NCBI GenBank assembly: GCA_949284445.1
Contig: CASDVP010000006.1
Location: 48,651 to 112,650 of the forward strand
Length of the DNA stretch: 64,000 nt
Direction of reading: 5' to 3'
From: an uncultured Bacillota bacterium
GTDB taxonomy: Bacteria > Bacillota_I > Bacilli_A > RFN20 > CAG-288
Made by a program: the position numbers and the translations under genes. The notes beneath the pieces were generated by a model, which was not told where the DNA came from, did not search any database, and was given only the letters and a program-made list of their open reading frames with translations. Shown piece after piece: positions 1-10,211 of the stretch. Within the stretch, counting starts at the first letter, position 1. Every line of letters begins with the position of its first letter.

Positions 1-1596
1 GTAATTGTACAATATGAGCCATAGTTACCAAGCATTAATTTATGACCGACGACATTTTCAGCAGTCACATTACCAATTGTTAAATCCGAAAGATTATCAC
101 GTCCACCAGTTGTGTTTAAAAATGCAACATGGTAATCTGTCAAGGCGATTTCATTTATATTCTCGGGTAAGCGACCAGCTTCCACTGAAAAGCCTAGTTC
201 ATTGAGTCTTTCTTCAGTAAGGTTGACATGTCCTAGAGCTTGTGGGATAAAGAACTGACCATTAGAATAATTAAATCCCCGATAGATAAACATTACAATT
301 TACATCATATGGGGCTTCTTGGTCATCAGTTAAAACAATATCTGGAGTGATACCATATTTGTTAGATATCTCAGTTATATCTGCGTCACTAAATTTGCTT
401 CTATTATAATATATTTCACCATTATAATCATATTTATCCTGCTTTTGTTTTGATAAGACAAAGTGATCACGTGAACGATTTTTTAATCCATCATAAACAG
501 TATTGCTCGCACTATAAGTGCTGATAGTGTTGACAACCACGAACATAGCAAAAGATAAAAATGATAATAAAATGGTTAAAAAGAGACGGAAAGGTTTGGT
601 CTTTAAAGCAGAAACACCAATCTTAATACTATTCTTTAAATGTAGTGATGATTTGATCGTGTTAAAGTTTTGTTCTTGACAATAAACAATTTTATTTGGA
701 TCAGTGTCTTTAAATGCTTCGCGGTTTAGTTGCTCATCGATTCTAGCTACTCTTTTTAAATCTTTATTAGTTTTATCATCTGATGAGATAAAGGTGTTGT
801 TCTGACTCAACACTTGGTTGATGGCTCTGATATCTTCATCAGTCAAGACATGACCTTTTTTGAAAAAGAACATATCTTCATCGATTTTGACTACCCCTTC
901 GCTAGATTGTTCTGGTTTTTCTTTAAATTTCGAAATATCTGAGATAATCTTACCATCTTTTAATTCGATGACACGATCACCATATTGTTCTGCAAATTCA
1001 CGGTCGTGAGAAACGACGATGACTAATTTGTGTTGAGATAGTGATTTTAGAGTATCAAATATCTGAATACCTGTTCTTGAATCGAGAGCGCCAGTAGGTT
1101 CATCAGCTAAGATGATCGGAGGATTTTTAATGAGAGCTCTAGCGATAGCGATCCTTTGTTTTTGACCGCCAGATAATTCATTCGGTTTGCGATCGGCAAA
1201 TCCAGTTAAATCTACTTCGCTTAAAATTTCTGTGATTTCTTCTTTGGAAGCCTTTTTACCCTGCAATTGTAAAGCTAAGGCGATATTCTCACCGACTGAA
1301 AATTCATTGAGGATGTTATATTCTTGGAAGACGAAGCCAAGGTAAGTATTACGATAACTATCAAAATCGGATTGGCTGAAATCTTTGGAACTCTTTCCTT
1401 TGATGATGATCTCGCCTTTGTCTACTTGATCTAATCCGCCTAAAACATTCAATAAAGTAGATTTACCAGAACCGGATTTACCTAAGATAAAGACTTAACC
1501 TCGTTCTGGAAATTTGATTGACACACCATCTAATGCTTTGACAGGTTCACCTTTTTTAGGCCTATAAGTCTTATAGATGTCAACAACTTCTAACAT
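1..1596 (-). pseudogene. MacB/LolD-like ABC transporter ATPase-permease fusion, disrupted twice; runs off the window start
   Basis: ATG at 1596 reads MLEVVDIYKTY...KFPERG, then in-frame TAA (1497-1495), then VFILGKSGSGKST (Walker A) continuing into ORF 271..1452 (LSGGQKQR, ILADEPTG, first TM helix). That frame stops at 271. A shifted frame continues open to base 1 (…EAGRLPENINEIALTD…, a typical permease extracellular segment). The shift maps to about the CCCC run at 277-280. Confidence 0.85.
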
Positions 1597-1721
1597 GGCT
1601 TTTGTTCTTCTTTAACTGTTTAATTTTACTATAAAAATCAAGCAAAATTATATAAAGTATGAGTAAATTAATTAGAAAAGCGCTTACTATTTATGCTACA
1701 ATTATTTTAGAGGTGTATATT

Positions 1722-2168
1722 ATGAAAATTGTTTTTTGTTCAAAAACAGAAAAAATCTCTGCAATCACTATCACTATTTTAACAATTTTAACAATCGCCT
1801 TTTATTTCATATATCAGATCACTTGTTTTTATGATTTTGGTGGTGGTTTCGGATTCTCACAGACCACAATCGCTTTGATCGCCTTTATATTCAGCAGTAT
1901 TGTTGAACTGGCGATGCTGTTACTTAATGATGCTCATATCTCATTGAATATTGTCACCACTGTTATCGTATTGCTGCAGTTAGCTTTTAATTCCTTTCTC
2001 TTTTTGCTAGTAGATGTTCATAATGCTGGTGTTCCTGGTTTTAGAGGAGTTTCGATTTTTGTATTTTATATTCTCATCGGAGTGACTAGTCTCTTAGAAT
2101 TGATATTCAATTTTAAATACCATCTGCTTCAATATAAAAGATACGAATGTATCAAAAAAGACCGATAA
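1722..2168 (+). CDS. hypothetical 4-TM membrane protein
   Basis: ORF 1659..2168. Start placed at ATG 1722, after SD GAGGTG and extended -10 TGCTACAAT (1694-1702). Four hydrophobic segments. Confidence 0.7.
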   Translation: MKIVFCSKTEKISAITITILTILTIAFYFIYQITCFYDFGGGFGFSQTTIALIAFIFSSIVELAMLLLNDAHISLNIVTTVIVLLQLAFNSFLFLLVDVHNAGVPGFRGVSIFVFYILIGVTSLLELIFNFKYHLLQYKRYECIKKDR

Positions 2169-2192
2169 AACATCATTTTTGTGATGCTTTTT
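2167..2192. terminator. probable bidirectional intrinsic terminator between convergent genes
   Basis: AAAACATCA-TTTTTG-TGATG(C)TTTTT hairpin with A and T tracts on both sides. Confidence 0.5.
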
Positions 2193-2225
2193 CGGCCTTT
2201 TTATTAGTTATCTTGGTTTTATCAA

Positions 2226-3353
2226 TCAGAGTTTATTAGCTTTGATGAGTTTTTCAAGTCGGTCTTGATCTCTAGTTTCGATCTCTTCGTATAAAGCTCT
2301 AGCGTGGTTAGATGAATGATAGATGAGAAGCTGTTTTTTCTGATCGCTAGTGAGTTTATTGAGAGTTCTTCCGTAGAGATTAGGATGCAGATTTCTCCAG
2401 TTGACGTCGCTTTCGATCATGCATTTTAAGTCTCTAGTAGGTCTCCATCCTAAGACCTGTTTTGCTTTTTCATTAGATGCGACGATGCTATCAGCATCAC
2501 CAGGGCGACGAGGACCGAATGTCCAGTTGACAGGATGACCGGTGACTGCGCTGACAGTCTCGACTATCTCTTTGTTGGTATAGCCGCTTTCAGATCCCAA
2601 ATTGATGATCTCTGATCCTTTACCAGATAAGAGCATCTTCATGCCTAAGACATGGGCATCTGCTAAATCCAGAACATGGATATAATCTCTTAAATTAGTT
2701 CCGTCTCTAGTCTGATAATCATTTCCAAAGATCTGCATCGGTCTACCAGTTAAAGCGGCGTTAACAGTGACTGGTATGAGATGAGTTTCTACAGGATGAG
2801 CTTCACCTATCGAACCGTCTTCACTAGCTCCTGCAACATTGAAATAACGGAAGATGCAGTGTTTGATCCCGTAGGCTTTTTCACAGTCACAGATAAGATG
2901 TTCAGCCGCTAACTTAGAAAAACCATAGGGAGATTCGGGATGAAGAGGAGCATCTTCTTTAATGGCAGGTGAATCAGAAGAGCCATAAACAGCAGCGGTA
3001 GAAGAGAAAACGATGTTTTTGCAGTTATATTTTCGCATCGCTCTTAATATGCTGATAACAGCGGTAAAATTATCATCAAAATAGCTGAGAGGATGTGAGA
3101 CGGATTCTGGAACGATGATCTTTCCCGCAAATTGCATGACGCCAGCGATATTGTTGCGACTAAAAATCGTATCTAATAGACCTAAGTCTCTGACATCACC
3201 GATCACTAATTTAGCTTTTTTATCGACCGCATCGACATGACCGGTAGAAAGATTATCGATGACGATGACATCATATCCAGCTTTGACCAACTGTCTGACT
3301 GCGTGAGAACCGATATATCCAGCACCACCAGTCACTAAGATTGTTTCACTCAT
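2226..3353 (-). CDS. galE: UDP-glucose 4-epimerase with about 45-aa C-terminal extension
   Basis: ILVTGGAGYIGSH, FSSTAAVYG, YGFSK (YxxxK), RYFNVAGA, RDYIHVLDLADAH. Confidence 0.95.
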   Translation of the reverse strand: MSETILVTGGAGYIGSHAVRQLVKAGYDVIVIDNLSTGHVDAVDKKAKLVIGDVRDLGLLDTIFSRNNIAGVMQFAGKIIVPESVSHPLSYFDDNFTAVISILRAMRKYNCKNIVFSSTAAVYGSSDSPAIKEDAPLHPESPYGFSKLAAEHLICDCEKAYGIKHCIFRYFNVAGASEDGSIGEAHPVETHLIPVTVNAALTGRPMQIFGNDYQTRDGTNLRDYIHVLDLADAHVLGMKMLLSGKGSEIINLGSESGYTNKEIVETVSAVTGHPVNWTFGPRRPGDADSIVASNEKAKQVLGWRPTRDLKCMIESDVNWRNLHPNLYGRTLNKLTSDQKKQLLIYHSSNHARALYEEIETRDQDRLEKLIKANKL

Positions 3354-3383
3354 GGGTGATTCCTCCTTTTATTTATCTGATGA

Positions 3384-3596
3384 TTATTTTAATACTAATT
3401 CAACATTGTTAGAAGTAGGGCTATTAGGACGTTTATCAGCAGCGAGGCTGATGAAAGCATAGATGGTCATAGCGATAAAAAAACACGTCAACAAAACCAT
3501 CAAAATTTTGATGAATTTTGAGGCTTTTTTCGGCTCTTTATTTTCGATGACAGGTTGAGAGGGTTCTATTTGTTCTTCTTGTTTTTCTTCTCTCAT
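3384..3596 (-). CDS. small single-TM hypothetical protein
   Basis: 70-aa ORF filling the asnS-galE gap and starting 1 nt after the asnS stop. Charged N-terminus plus one hydrophobic helix. Confidence 0.65.
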   Translation of the reverse strand: MREEKQEEQIEPSQPVIENKEPKKASKFIKILMVLLTCFFIAMTIYAFISLAADKRPNSPTSNNVELVLK

Positions 3597-3597
3597 A

Positions 3598-4980
3598 TCA
3601 GAACATCATATCTTTATAACAGCGAGGATATGGAAGAGTATCTCTGATATTAGACATGCCAGTGACTAACATGACTAATCTTTCAAATCCTAAGCCGAAA
3701 CCGGAATGAGGGATGGAACCATTTTTGCGCAGATCTAAATACCATTGATAGGCAGGAATGTTCATCTTCAATTCGATCATACGGCTCAACAGTTTGTCAT
3801 AATCGACTTCTCTTTCACTTCCTCCGCAGAGTTCGCCGATGAAAGGAACTAACAAGTCGACAGCACCGACTGTTTTACCATCAGAATTTTGCTTCATATA
3901 GAAAGCTTTGATCTCTTTCGGATAATCGGTGAGGAAAATCGGACCTTTATAGTAAACTTCAGTCAGATATTTCTCGTGTTCGCTACCGAGATCTAAACCG
4001 AATTTGATGTCAGAAACTTCAAACTTATGACCGTTTTGTTGGGCTTCTTGAAGAAGTTTGATAGCTTCTTCATATTTGACTCTTTGGAACGGTTTATTGA
4101 TGAATTCATCTAATCTATTAGCTAGTTCGCTATCGATTCTCTTTTCGAAGAAGGCGATATCGCTAGAGCAATCTTCGACTGTGTGTTTCACAACATATTT
4201 GAGGAAATCTTCCATGATATCTTCGATATCGTTTAAATGTGCCCAGCTGACTTCCGGTTCGATCATCCAAAACTCAGCTGCATGACGGATAGTATTAGAT
4301 TTTTCGGCTCGGAAAGTCGGACCGAATGTATAAGTCTTTCCATAAGTTAATGCGAAAGGTTCAACGTGTAATTGACCAGAAACAGTGAGATGAACATTAT
4401 CTTTTTTGAAGAATTCTTCAGGATGTTTATAATCCGCATAGACATTGAAAGTCTGACCTTCACCTTCACAATCATTAGCTGTCAAAATCGGAGTGTGAAT
4501 CCAGTAATACCCGTGTTCGTGGAAATACTGGTGGATATAATAAGCTAATGTGCTCCTGACTCTGAAGACAGCATTGAAGGTGTTAGTCTTCATTCTCCAT
4601 TGTGGGATCGTTCTTAAATATTCAAAAGATGTTTTCTTTTTTTGAAGTGGGAAATCTTCGCTAACACCACCTACTAAAACGATCTCTTCAGCTTGTAATT
4701 CGATTGGTTGTGGTGCGGAGATCGTCACATGTAATTTACCTTTTACTTTGATAGAACAGCCGAGGCGGATAGCAGATATCTTTTCATCTTGTCCGTCATA
4801 GACGATCTGTATATTGTCAAAGCAAGAACCATCGTTTAAGGATAAAAATCCGACTGCTTTTGAAGAGCGGTTGTTTCTGACAAAACCGCCTAATTCGACC
4901 TCTAAACCTTCTAAACTTTCGGGATTTTCCTTAACTTTTTGATAAATTTCTTTGATAGTTAGACTTTCGTTTAATTCCAT
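3598..4980 (-). CDS. asnS: asparagine--tRNA ligase
   Basis: OB anticodon domain, SGQLH, GPTFRAEKSNT..HAAEFWMIEPE, GGSERE, GFGLGFERL. Confidence 0.97.
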   Translation of the reverse strand: MELNESLTIKEIYQKVKENPESLEGLEVELGGFVRNNRSSKAVGFLSLNDGSCFDNIQIVYDGQDEKISAIRLGCSIKVKGKLHVTISAPQPIELQAEEIVLVGGVSEDFPLQKKKTSFEYLRTIPQWRMKTNTFNAVFRVRSTLAYYIHQYFHEHGYYWIHTPILTANDCEGEGQTFNVYADYKHPEEFFKKDNVHLTVSGQLHVEPFALTYGKTYTFGPTFRAEKSNTIRHAAEFWMIEPEVSWAHLNDIEDIMEDFLKYVVKHTVEDCSSDIAFFEKRIDSELANRLDEFINKPFQRVKYEEAIKLLQEAQQNGHKFEVSDIKFGLDLGSEHEKYLTEVYYKGPIFLTDYPKEIKAFYMKQNSDGKTVGAVDLLVPFIGELCGGSEREVDYDKLLSRMIELKMNIPAYQWYLDLRKNGSIPHSGFGLGFERLVMLVTGMSNIRDTLPYPRCYKDMMF

Positions 4981-4992
4981 AGTAGTCCTCCA

Positions 4993-6009
4993 TTAATTCT
5001 CTAAGTCTAAATTCGGATAACTCGAACAAGATAAACTGCTGAATTCACCTTTTTGAATCAGGTGATGAGCACATTTAGCTATCATAGCAGCATTATCAGT
5101 CGTGCACCATAACGGTGGTATCAAAACATTGATATCAGTATTTTCAAAGCGCTTTACAATTTCTGATCTGAGATAACTGTTTGCGGAAACACCACCGCCG
5201 ACCACGATCTGTTTGACGTTTAGATCGATAGCAGCTTGATGAGTTTTATCTAATAACTGATCGATGAATCCGACTTCAGTGGAACGAGCATATCTTTTGA
5301 TGGTTTCTTCATTTAATTTGCCATCGATTTTTTCTTCTTTGTCGATCAATCTGACAAGATGAGATTTTAGACCAGAATATGAGAAATTGTAACCGGGTGT
5401 TTTCGGTTTTGGAAGCGGAAATACAGATATGTTTTCATCCCTTGAAACCTTATCGATCCAAACTCCGCCTGGATATGGAAGACCTAAAGCGCGAGCGACT
5501 TTATCAAAAGCCTCACCGATAGCGTCATCTTCGGTTTCGCCGATGATCTGAAATTTCATCGGTTCTTTGACATAAACTAATTCCGTGTTACCTCCAGAAA
5601 CGATCAGAGATAAGAGCGGATAGTGAAATTCACCTGCGAATTCATTGGCATAGATATGACCTGCTAAATGATGAACTTGTATGAGGGGGACTTCTAAATA
5701 ACTAGCGATGGTTTTAGCAGCCATATTGCCGATCTGTAATGCGCCAGGTAAACCTGGACCAGCGGTCACAGCGACATGGGTGATATCGTGAAAATCAAAT
5801 CCTTTTAAGGAGAGAGAATAGCTTAAGATGGAAGTGATGTTTTTCAGATGTAATCTGGAAGCTAGCTCAGGATATACGCCGCCGAAACGGATGTGATCAG
5901 CGATTTGAGTGTTCACAGAATTGACTAGTAAATCATCACCATTTTTCAAGATGGCTATAGCTGTTTCATCACAGCTGCTTTCGATAGCAAGTATCACTTC
6001 ATCTTTCAT
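4993..6009 (-). CDS. tsaD: tRNA t6A synthase TsaD
   Basis: ILAIESSCDETA, GGVYPELASRLH, GPGL, HHLAGH, SGGNT, DDAIGEAFDKVAR, TDNAAMI. Confidence 0.97.
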   Translation of the reverse strand: MKDEVILAIESSCDETAIAILKNGDDLLVNSVNTQIADHIRFGGVYPELASRLHLKNITSILSYSLSLKGFDFHDITHVAVTAGPGLPGALQIGNMAAKTIASYLEVPLIQVHHLAGHIYANEFAGEFHYPLLSLIVSGGNTELVYVKEPMKFQIIGETEDDAIGEAFDKVARALGLPYPGGVWIDKVSRDENISVFPLPKPKTPGYNFSYSGLKSHLVRLIDKEEKIDGKLNEETIKRYARSTEVGFIDQLLDKTHQAAIDLNVKQIVVGGGVSANSYLRSEIVKRFENTDINVLIPPLWCTTDNAAMIAKCAHHLIQKGEFSSLSCSSYPNLDLEN

Positions 6010-6431
6010 AGTTCTAACTCCTTAAGATAACAGATAGCATCGTCATCTTGGTAATAATTTTTTCTGACCCGATAAGCTTTGAATCCGCATTTTTCATACA
6101 ATCTTATCGCCAAGGTATTTTTCTTTCTCACTTCCAGAAATACTTTTTTAATCCCCTTATTTTGTAATGACTGAAGTATCTCTTGAATGAATTTATAGCC
6201 ATAGCCTTGATGTCTTTCAGCTTGCGTGATGACTATCTCATCAATCTCAGCTTCATCAATCTCTTTTCGTATCGAGATATAACCGATGATTTTGTCTTCT
6301 ATTTTATAAACACAGATTTCGAGATTTTCATCCTGTAATTCGAGTTCTTTCTCGCTAGCTGCTTGTGAAGAGATATCTTTAGCGAGTTGAGAGATCACGC
6401 TCAAATCATCTTTAGTAGCTATAGTGATCAT
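6006..6431 (-). CDS. rimI: ribosomal protein S18 alanine N-acetyltransferase (GNAT)
   Basis: RHQGYG, LEVRKKN..AIRLYEKCGF...RKNYY; located between tsaB and tsaD. Confidence 0.9.
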   Translation of the reverse strand: MITIATKDDLSVISQLAKDISSQAASEKELELQDENLEICVYKIEDKIIGYISIRKEIDEAEIDEIVITQAERHQGYGYKFIQEILQSLQNKGIKKVFLEVRKKNTLAIRLYEKCGFKAYRVRKNYYQDDDAICYLKELEL

Positions 6432-7027
6432 ATCTGTTGACTATAGACTGGTAAGTAATTTTCTTCTTCGGATGAATAGTAATGGAATTCCTTAGCGAAT
6501 CGCATCATAGTGTTCATGACATCGATCTTGATGATCGATTGATCTTGTAATTCATCAATAGCGGCTGTATCAGCTTCTTCGACGATATAAGAAGAGCCGG
6601 TTCCTAGTGTTGAGACTTCATCTTTATCTATCCTTTTAGTCTCTTCACCTTCTTTGATGAAAAGATTGCCATTTCTATCAGAAAGGACAGGGATCATATT
6701 TTTATTCACTTTTTGATAGAGATCTAATGTCGGAAGACCAAACAGCTTGATCTGAGGATTAAAAGCATAAATAGTTCTAGGAATGGTCAAACCTAAACGG
6801 ATACCAGTGTTAGAACCAGGACCTAATAATAGATAAAAACTATCTACATCTTTCAATTTACAATCGAAGCGTTTTAAGAGCTGCTCGATAGCGATGATGG
6901 TCAGCTCTAAGGTCTTTTTCGGATCCGGTATTTCGATAGTGGAAGAGAGAGAACCGACTGTTACTCCTACTTGTAAACGCTTGGTCGCACTGTTGATAAA
7001 CAATCTTATCTCTTGATTATCTTTCAT
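6428..7027 (-). CDS. tsaB: tRNA t6A biosynthesis protein TsaB (divergent)
   Basis: GPGSNTGIRLG motif; tsaE-tsaB-rimI-tsaD synteny. Confidence 0.88.
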   Translation of the reverse strand: MKDNQEIRLFINSATKRLQVGVTVGSLSSTIEIPDPKKTLELTIIAIEQLLKRFDCKLKDVDSFYLLLGPGSNTGIRLGLTIPRTIYAFNPQIKLFGLPTLDLYQKVNKNMIPVLSDRNGNLFIKEGEETKRIDKDEVSTLGTGSSYIVEEADTAAIDELQDQSIIKIDVMNTMMRFAKEFHYYSSEEENYLPVYSQQI

Positions 7028-7460
7028 CTGTGATCACCAGCTTTCTTCTGTTTTCATCGATATATGAAAAACTCAATTGGATTATCGGATGATAATTTAA
7101 AACGTCTTTAGAAGCAAATTGAGGCCATTCGATATAGGTGATGATATTTTTATCCCCTAAAACCTCATCTAATCCTAAGTCCTTCTTTTCTTCATCAACC
7201 GATTCTAAACGATAACAATCGACGTGATAAAAAGTGAATTTATCGCCATCATAAACTTTGATCAGATTAAAGGTGGGGGAATTGATCATCTTTTTAACAC
7301 CGAGATACTTGCCGATGAATTTGAAGAACTGAGTTTTTCCAGTACCTAATTCACCCTCAGCAAATATGACTTCACCACCCTGAAAACTTTCAGCTAAGGT
7401 TTTAGCGACAGCTTCAGTATCAGCTAAAGAATTGAGATCGTATTCAGTTGTTTTATTCAT
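7017..7460 (-). CDS. tsaE: tRNA t6A biosynthesis ATPase TsaE
   Basis: GELGTGKT, INSPTFNL, YHVDCYRL, YIEW. Confidence 0.95.
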   Translation of the reverse strand: MNKTTEYDLNSLADTEAVAKTLAESFQGGEVIFAEGELGTGKTQFFKFIGKYLGVKKMINSPTFNLIKVYDGDKFTFYHVDCYRLESVDEEKKDLGLDEVLGDKNIITYIEWPQFASKDVLNYHPIIQLSFSYIDENRRKLVITDER

Positions 7461-8779
7461 TGCTTTTTAGAGTCCACGTGGTCAAAAAACTTAAACACTT
7501 TGACAGATTCATCTTTGAATATGTCATAGCTTCCAGAATGTTGAATTCTCTTTAATGGAAGTTCCATGATATCATCGGAGAGCATCATACCAGATTTCAT
7601 ACCATAAGAATTGATAGAGATGAATAAACTTTCAACCACTGTGTTGATGTTGATGTCGTTCAATAATTTGACGCCTTCTTCATCAAAGAACTTGCTAGAT
7701 GATTTAGGATCGGCTAAGAAGACGACGATATTGCGCTTTAGTCCAGGAACTTTCACAGGAGTGAATCCGTTTAAATAATCAGGTAAGTAAGTGAACTTGT
7801 TAGTACCCATGATCGAAATGATCATCGATTCTTGATGAGAAACTTTAACATCATAGCTGTAGTATTTACCGAAGAGGCCGACGCTAGTATTAGTTTCTTC
7901 TGGTTTCTTCTTGGTAGGTTTCTTTTTATCACCAGTGATCTCTTTAGCTAAATCTAAATCGACTAGAGTCATATCGGTAGCAGGTAATTCTTGAGTGCTA
8001 GTATCTAAGTTTGTATTAGCTTCTGGATAATATGGTGTGCCATCTAAATTGACAAAATGATCAGGAAGTTTATTCGCATCTTCGAAAGTTATTGTCGGAA
8101 CTGCGACAGATACTTCAGCTGATGTGAAATCATGTCCGTTTCTCTTTCCGAGAACGACAGCTCTTGAATAGATGGTGTTGATGGTTTTGAAACAATGGGA
8201 TTGAATGACTAATTGATCATCGATCTGACCTTCAGCAGCTAATAAACCCTCGTCGACATGAAGGTAAGAATTGACATAACCGTTTAAGGTATCTTCAAAA
8301 CTGGTCAAATAATCGATGGATAAAGTTCTTCTTTTCTTTCCGGTGAAGTGTGAGAGGATGAAACCTCCGATGATGATGACGATGGCGATAGCTAAAATCG
8401 TCCAAGTCAACCAAGAGAGCTTTTCATCGGTATTTAAAAATGTAACTAAGATAACACCGATGAAGGCGATGAGCATCAAGATCAGTGATGCTAAATCTAA
8501 AACGTTATACTTTTTGACTAGATCTGTGTATTTTTTGCGTGTCTTATCGATATCGTCATCGATGGAATGAGTGGTGTCAATAACATAAGTGATGGGCTTA
8601 AAATATGATTTGTATTCAGAGAGATTTTGACTGCCGTTATATTCACCATCGATCGAATCTTGAGCAGCTTCGCTTGATTCAGTTAAGTCAGCGATGATGG
8701 GCTCACTTTCCTCTGATTGATTATTATTGACTTCTTCTGTGTTTTCAGTTGCGTCATTTAATTCTTTATTCTCGTCCAT
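7457..8779 (-). CDS. uncharacterised 2-TM membrane protein with large soluble C-terminal domain (possibly DUF3137-like)
   Basis: Acidic N-terminus, two TM helices, SD GGAGG. The DUF3137 resemblance is by eye only. Confidence 0.6.
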   Translation of the reverse strand: MDENKELNDATENTEEVNNNQSEESEPIIADLTESSEAAQDSIDGEYNGSQNLSEYKSYFKPITYVIDTTHSIDDDIDKTRKKYTDLVKKYNVLDLASLILMLIAFIGVILVTFLNTDEKLSWLTWTILAIAIVIIIGGFILSHFTGKKRRTLSIDYLTSFEDTLNGYVNSYLHVDEGLLAAEGQIDDQLVIQSHCFKTINTIYSRAVVLGKRNGHDFTSAEVSVAVPTITFEDANKLPDHFVNLDGTPYYPEANTNLDTSTQELPATDMTLVDLDLAKEITGDKKKPTKKKPEETNTSVGLFGKYYSYDVKVSHQESMIISIMGTNKFTYLPDYLNGFTPVKVPGLKRNIVVFLADPKSSSKFFDEEGVKLLNDININTVVESLFISINSYGMKSGMMLSDDIMELPLKRIQHSGSYDIFKDESVKVFKFFDHVDSKKQ

Positions 8780-8816
8780 ATCGGACCTCCTTTAAGCAGG
8801 TAAAAAACTAATAAAA

Positions 8817-8825
8817 ATTATAGCA
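8817..8825 (-). promoter_or_regulatory. extended -10 promoter of the operon starting at 8779
   Basis: TGCTATAAT on the minus strand, about 37 nt upstream of ATG 8779. Confidence 0.6.
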
Positions 8826-8998
8826 AAAAAATATATATTTTATATACATATTTATTTATGTATCGATGTTTTTGTATTTCCAGATATCTTCTCAGTGCGA
8901 TAAATGAAGATATTCATATCGAATTTATAGCGTTCGCTGCACTAAAATAGCGATAATTTCATCAAAAATGGTGATTCGTAGATGAGTTTAGATGATTT

Positions 8999-9023
8999 AA
9001 AAAAATCTGAGTTTTCACTCAGA
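8999..9023 (-). terminator. intrinsic terminator
   Basis: TCTGAGT-GAAA-ACTCAGA followed by T7, directly after the stop at 9024. Confidence 0.85.
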
Positions 9024-9878
9024 TTAAGCAACTACAGCACTAGCGACATTCATTCCGTAATTGACTAATGCGATAAATTCCATCAGTATGGCTATGTCAG
9101 CTATGACGTGATAAGCGGTGTGTGTCAATCTTTTTGTTTTTGAAAAGAGTGAGACGACTAAGCCGATATCAAGAACAATCGGAGCGAAGATGACAAGATA
9201 TGAACCAGGATAAGTGATGGAATAGGTCGTCTGTAATACTGGCATGAAGAATAGTGGAATGTATAAAGATAAGGTCATAAAAGCAAAACTGATTTTTTTG
9301 ATAATGCTCTTATTCTTTAAAAGGATAGTCGGAATAGCTAAAGCGATAGAAACACCCCAAACTATACCGATCATCACATAAGCTAAATAGCCATCATAAG
9401 CACTGCTAGAATGTGATATGTGATATTGAGATAAGACTTGGCTTCTCAAAGGGACTAGGAAATAGCAAGTGATGATGAGCGGGATCAGGATGAAATAAGA
9501 TAAGAGATGCGGTAATTCTTTTTTAGCATCATCATCTTTTTGATAAGAGGTGTGATATCTTTCAGTCAAAAAACCAAAACCTGCCCAAACTAGCAGAGCT
9601 AAGATGATGAAAATCAATCCGAGATAGCCGTAGCCACCTAATAGATTAAAGTTTTTTGAAGAAGTGAAAGAAAACACTAATGCTAGAACGATAAATAATA
9701 GAGATAAAGCATAAACGACATAAGACAGAACTTTACTAAAAATCTTTTCACCTTTAAGGAATTCAAGAGGAGTCATTTCGTTAAGAATACGAGCCTCTTC
9801 TTGATTTAGATAGGTGAATTTTGCTGGGTCGAAAACATTTTCTTTTTTGAATCTTTCATACCAAGGCTTTTTGTCCAT
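9024..9878 (-). CDS. divergent hemolysin-III/PAQR (TrhA-like) 7-TM protein
   Basis: Seven hydrophobic segments. TERYH (SxxxH equivalent), LPHLLSYFILI (DH..IYLLIAG equivalent), HTAYH (HxxxH). Start ATG 9878 after AGGAGG. Confidence 0.6.
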   Translation of the reverse strand: MDKKPWYERFKKENVFDPAKFTYLNQEEARILNEMTPLEFLKGEKIFSKVLSYVVYALSLLFIVLALVFSFTSSKNFNLLGGYGYLGLIFIILALLVWAGFGFLTERYHTSYQKDDDAKKELPHLLSYFILIPLIITCYFLVPLRSQVLSQYHISHSSSAYDGYLAYVMIGIVWGVSIALAIPTILLKNKSIIKKISFAFMTLSLYIPLFFMPVLQTTYSITYPGSYLVIFAPIVLDIGLVVSLFSKTKRLTHTAYHVIADIAILMEFIALVNYGMNVASAVVA

Positions 9879-9920
9879 AGATGAACCTCCTATTGTCAGG
9901 CAAAAAAGCACATCTTAAAA

Positions 9921-9948
9921 ATTATAATGTAAATTTTCGAGTTGTGAA
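9921..9948 (-). promoter_or_regulatory. sigma-70 promoter of the HlyIII-like gene
   Basis: TTCACA-N16-TATAAT on the minus strand. Confidence 0.5.
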
Positions 9949-10211
9949 ACAAAAGTTAAATAAAAAGTTAAAAAAATTAACAAACTTCGGTATTATGCAA
10001 TAAACTTTTTTAGAAATTTATGTATAACTGAAGTTTAAATTTCCGTCATTATGTGAATAATTGAAATTTTGCTCTCTATAACGTTAATATGAATAAATGA
10101 TAGTTGAAAATATCGCTAAGTATGCGAACTTTTTACAAATATATAAATATCAGAACAATATTTTTAAATTCAGTAAATTTAACCTATTGCACAAGCTAAA
10201 ATCGGATCTAT

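Noticed and set aside
5-205. 66-aa plus-strand ORF
   Set aside because: Antisense to the continuing ABC permease frame; no SD and no recognisable motif.
1495-1497. In-frame TAA as evidence of stop-codon reassignment
   Set aside because: TAA terminates many intact genes here and the same gene has a separate frameshift, so it is a lesion rather than recoding.
8893-8943. Short nested hairpins (AGTGC...GCACT) resembling a structured RNA
   Set aside because: No tRNA loops or riboswitch consensus; stems are short and AT-rich, and it lies between a terminator and the next promoter.
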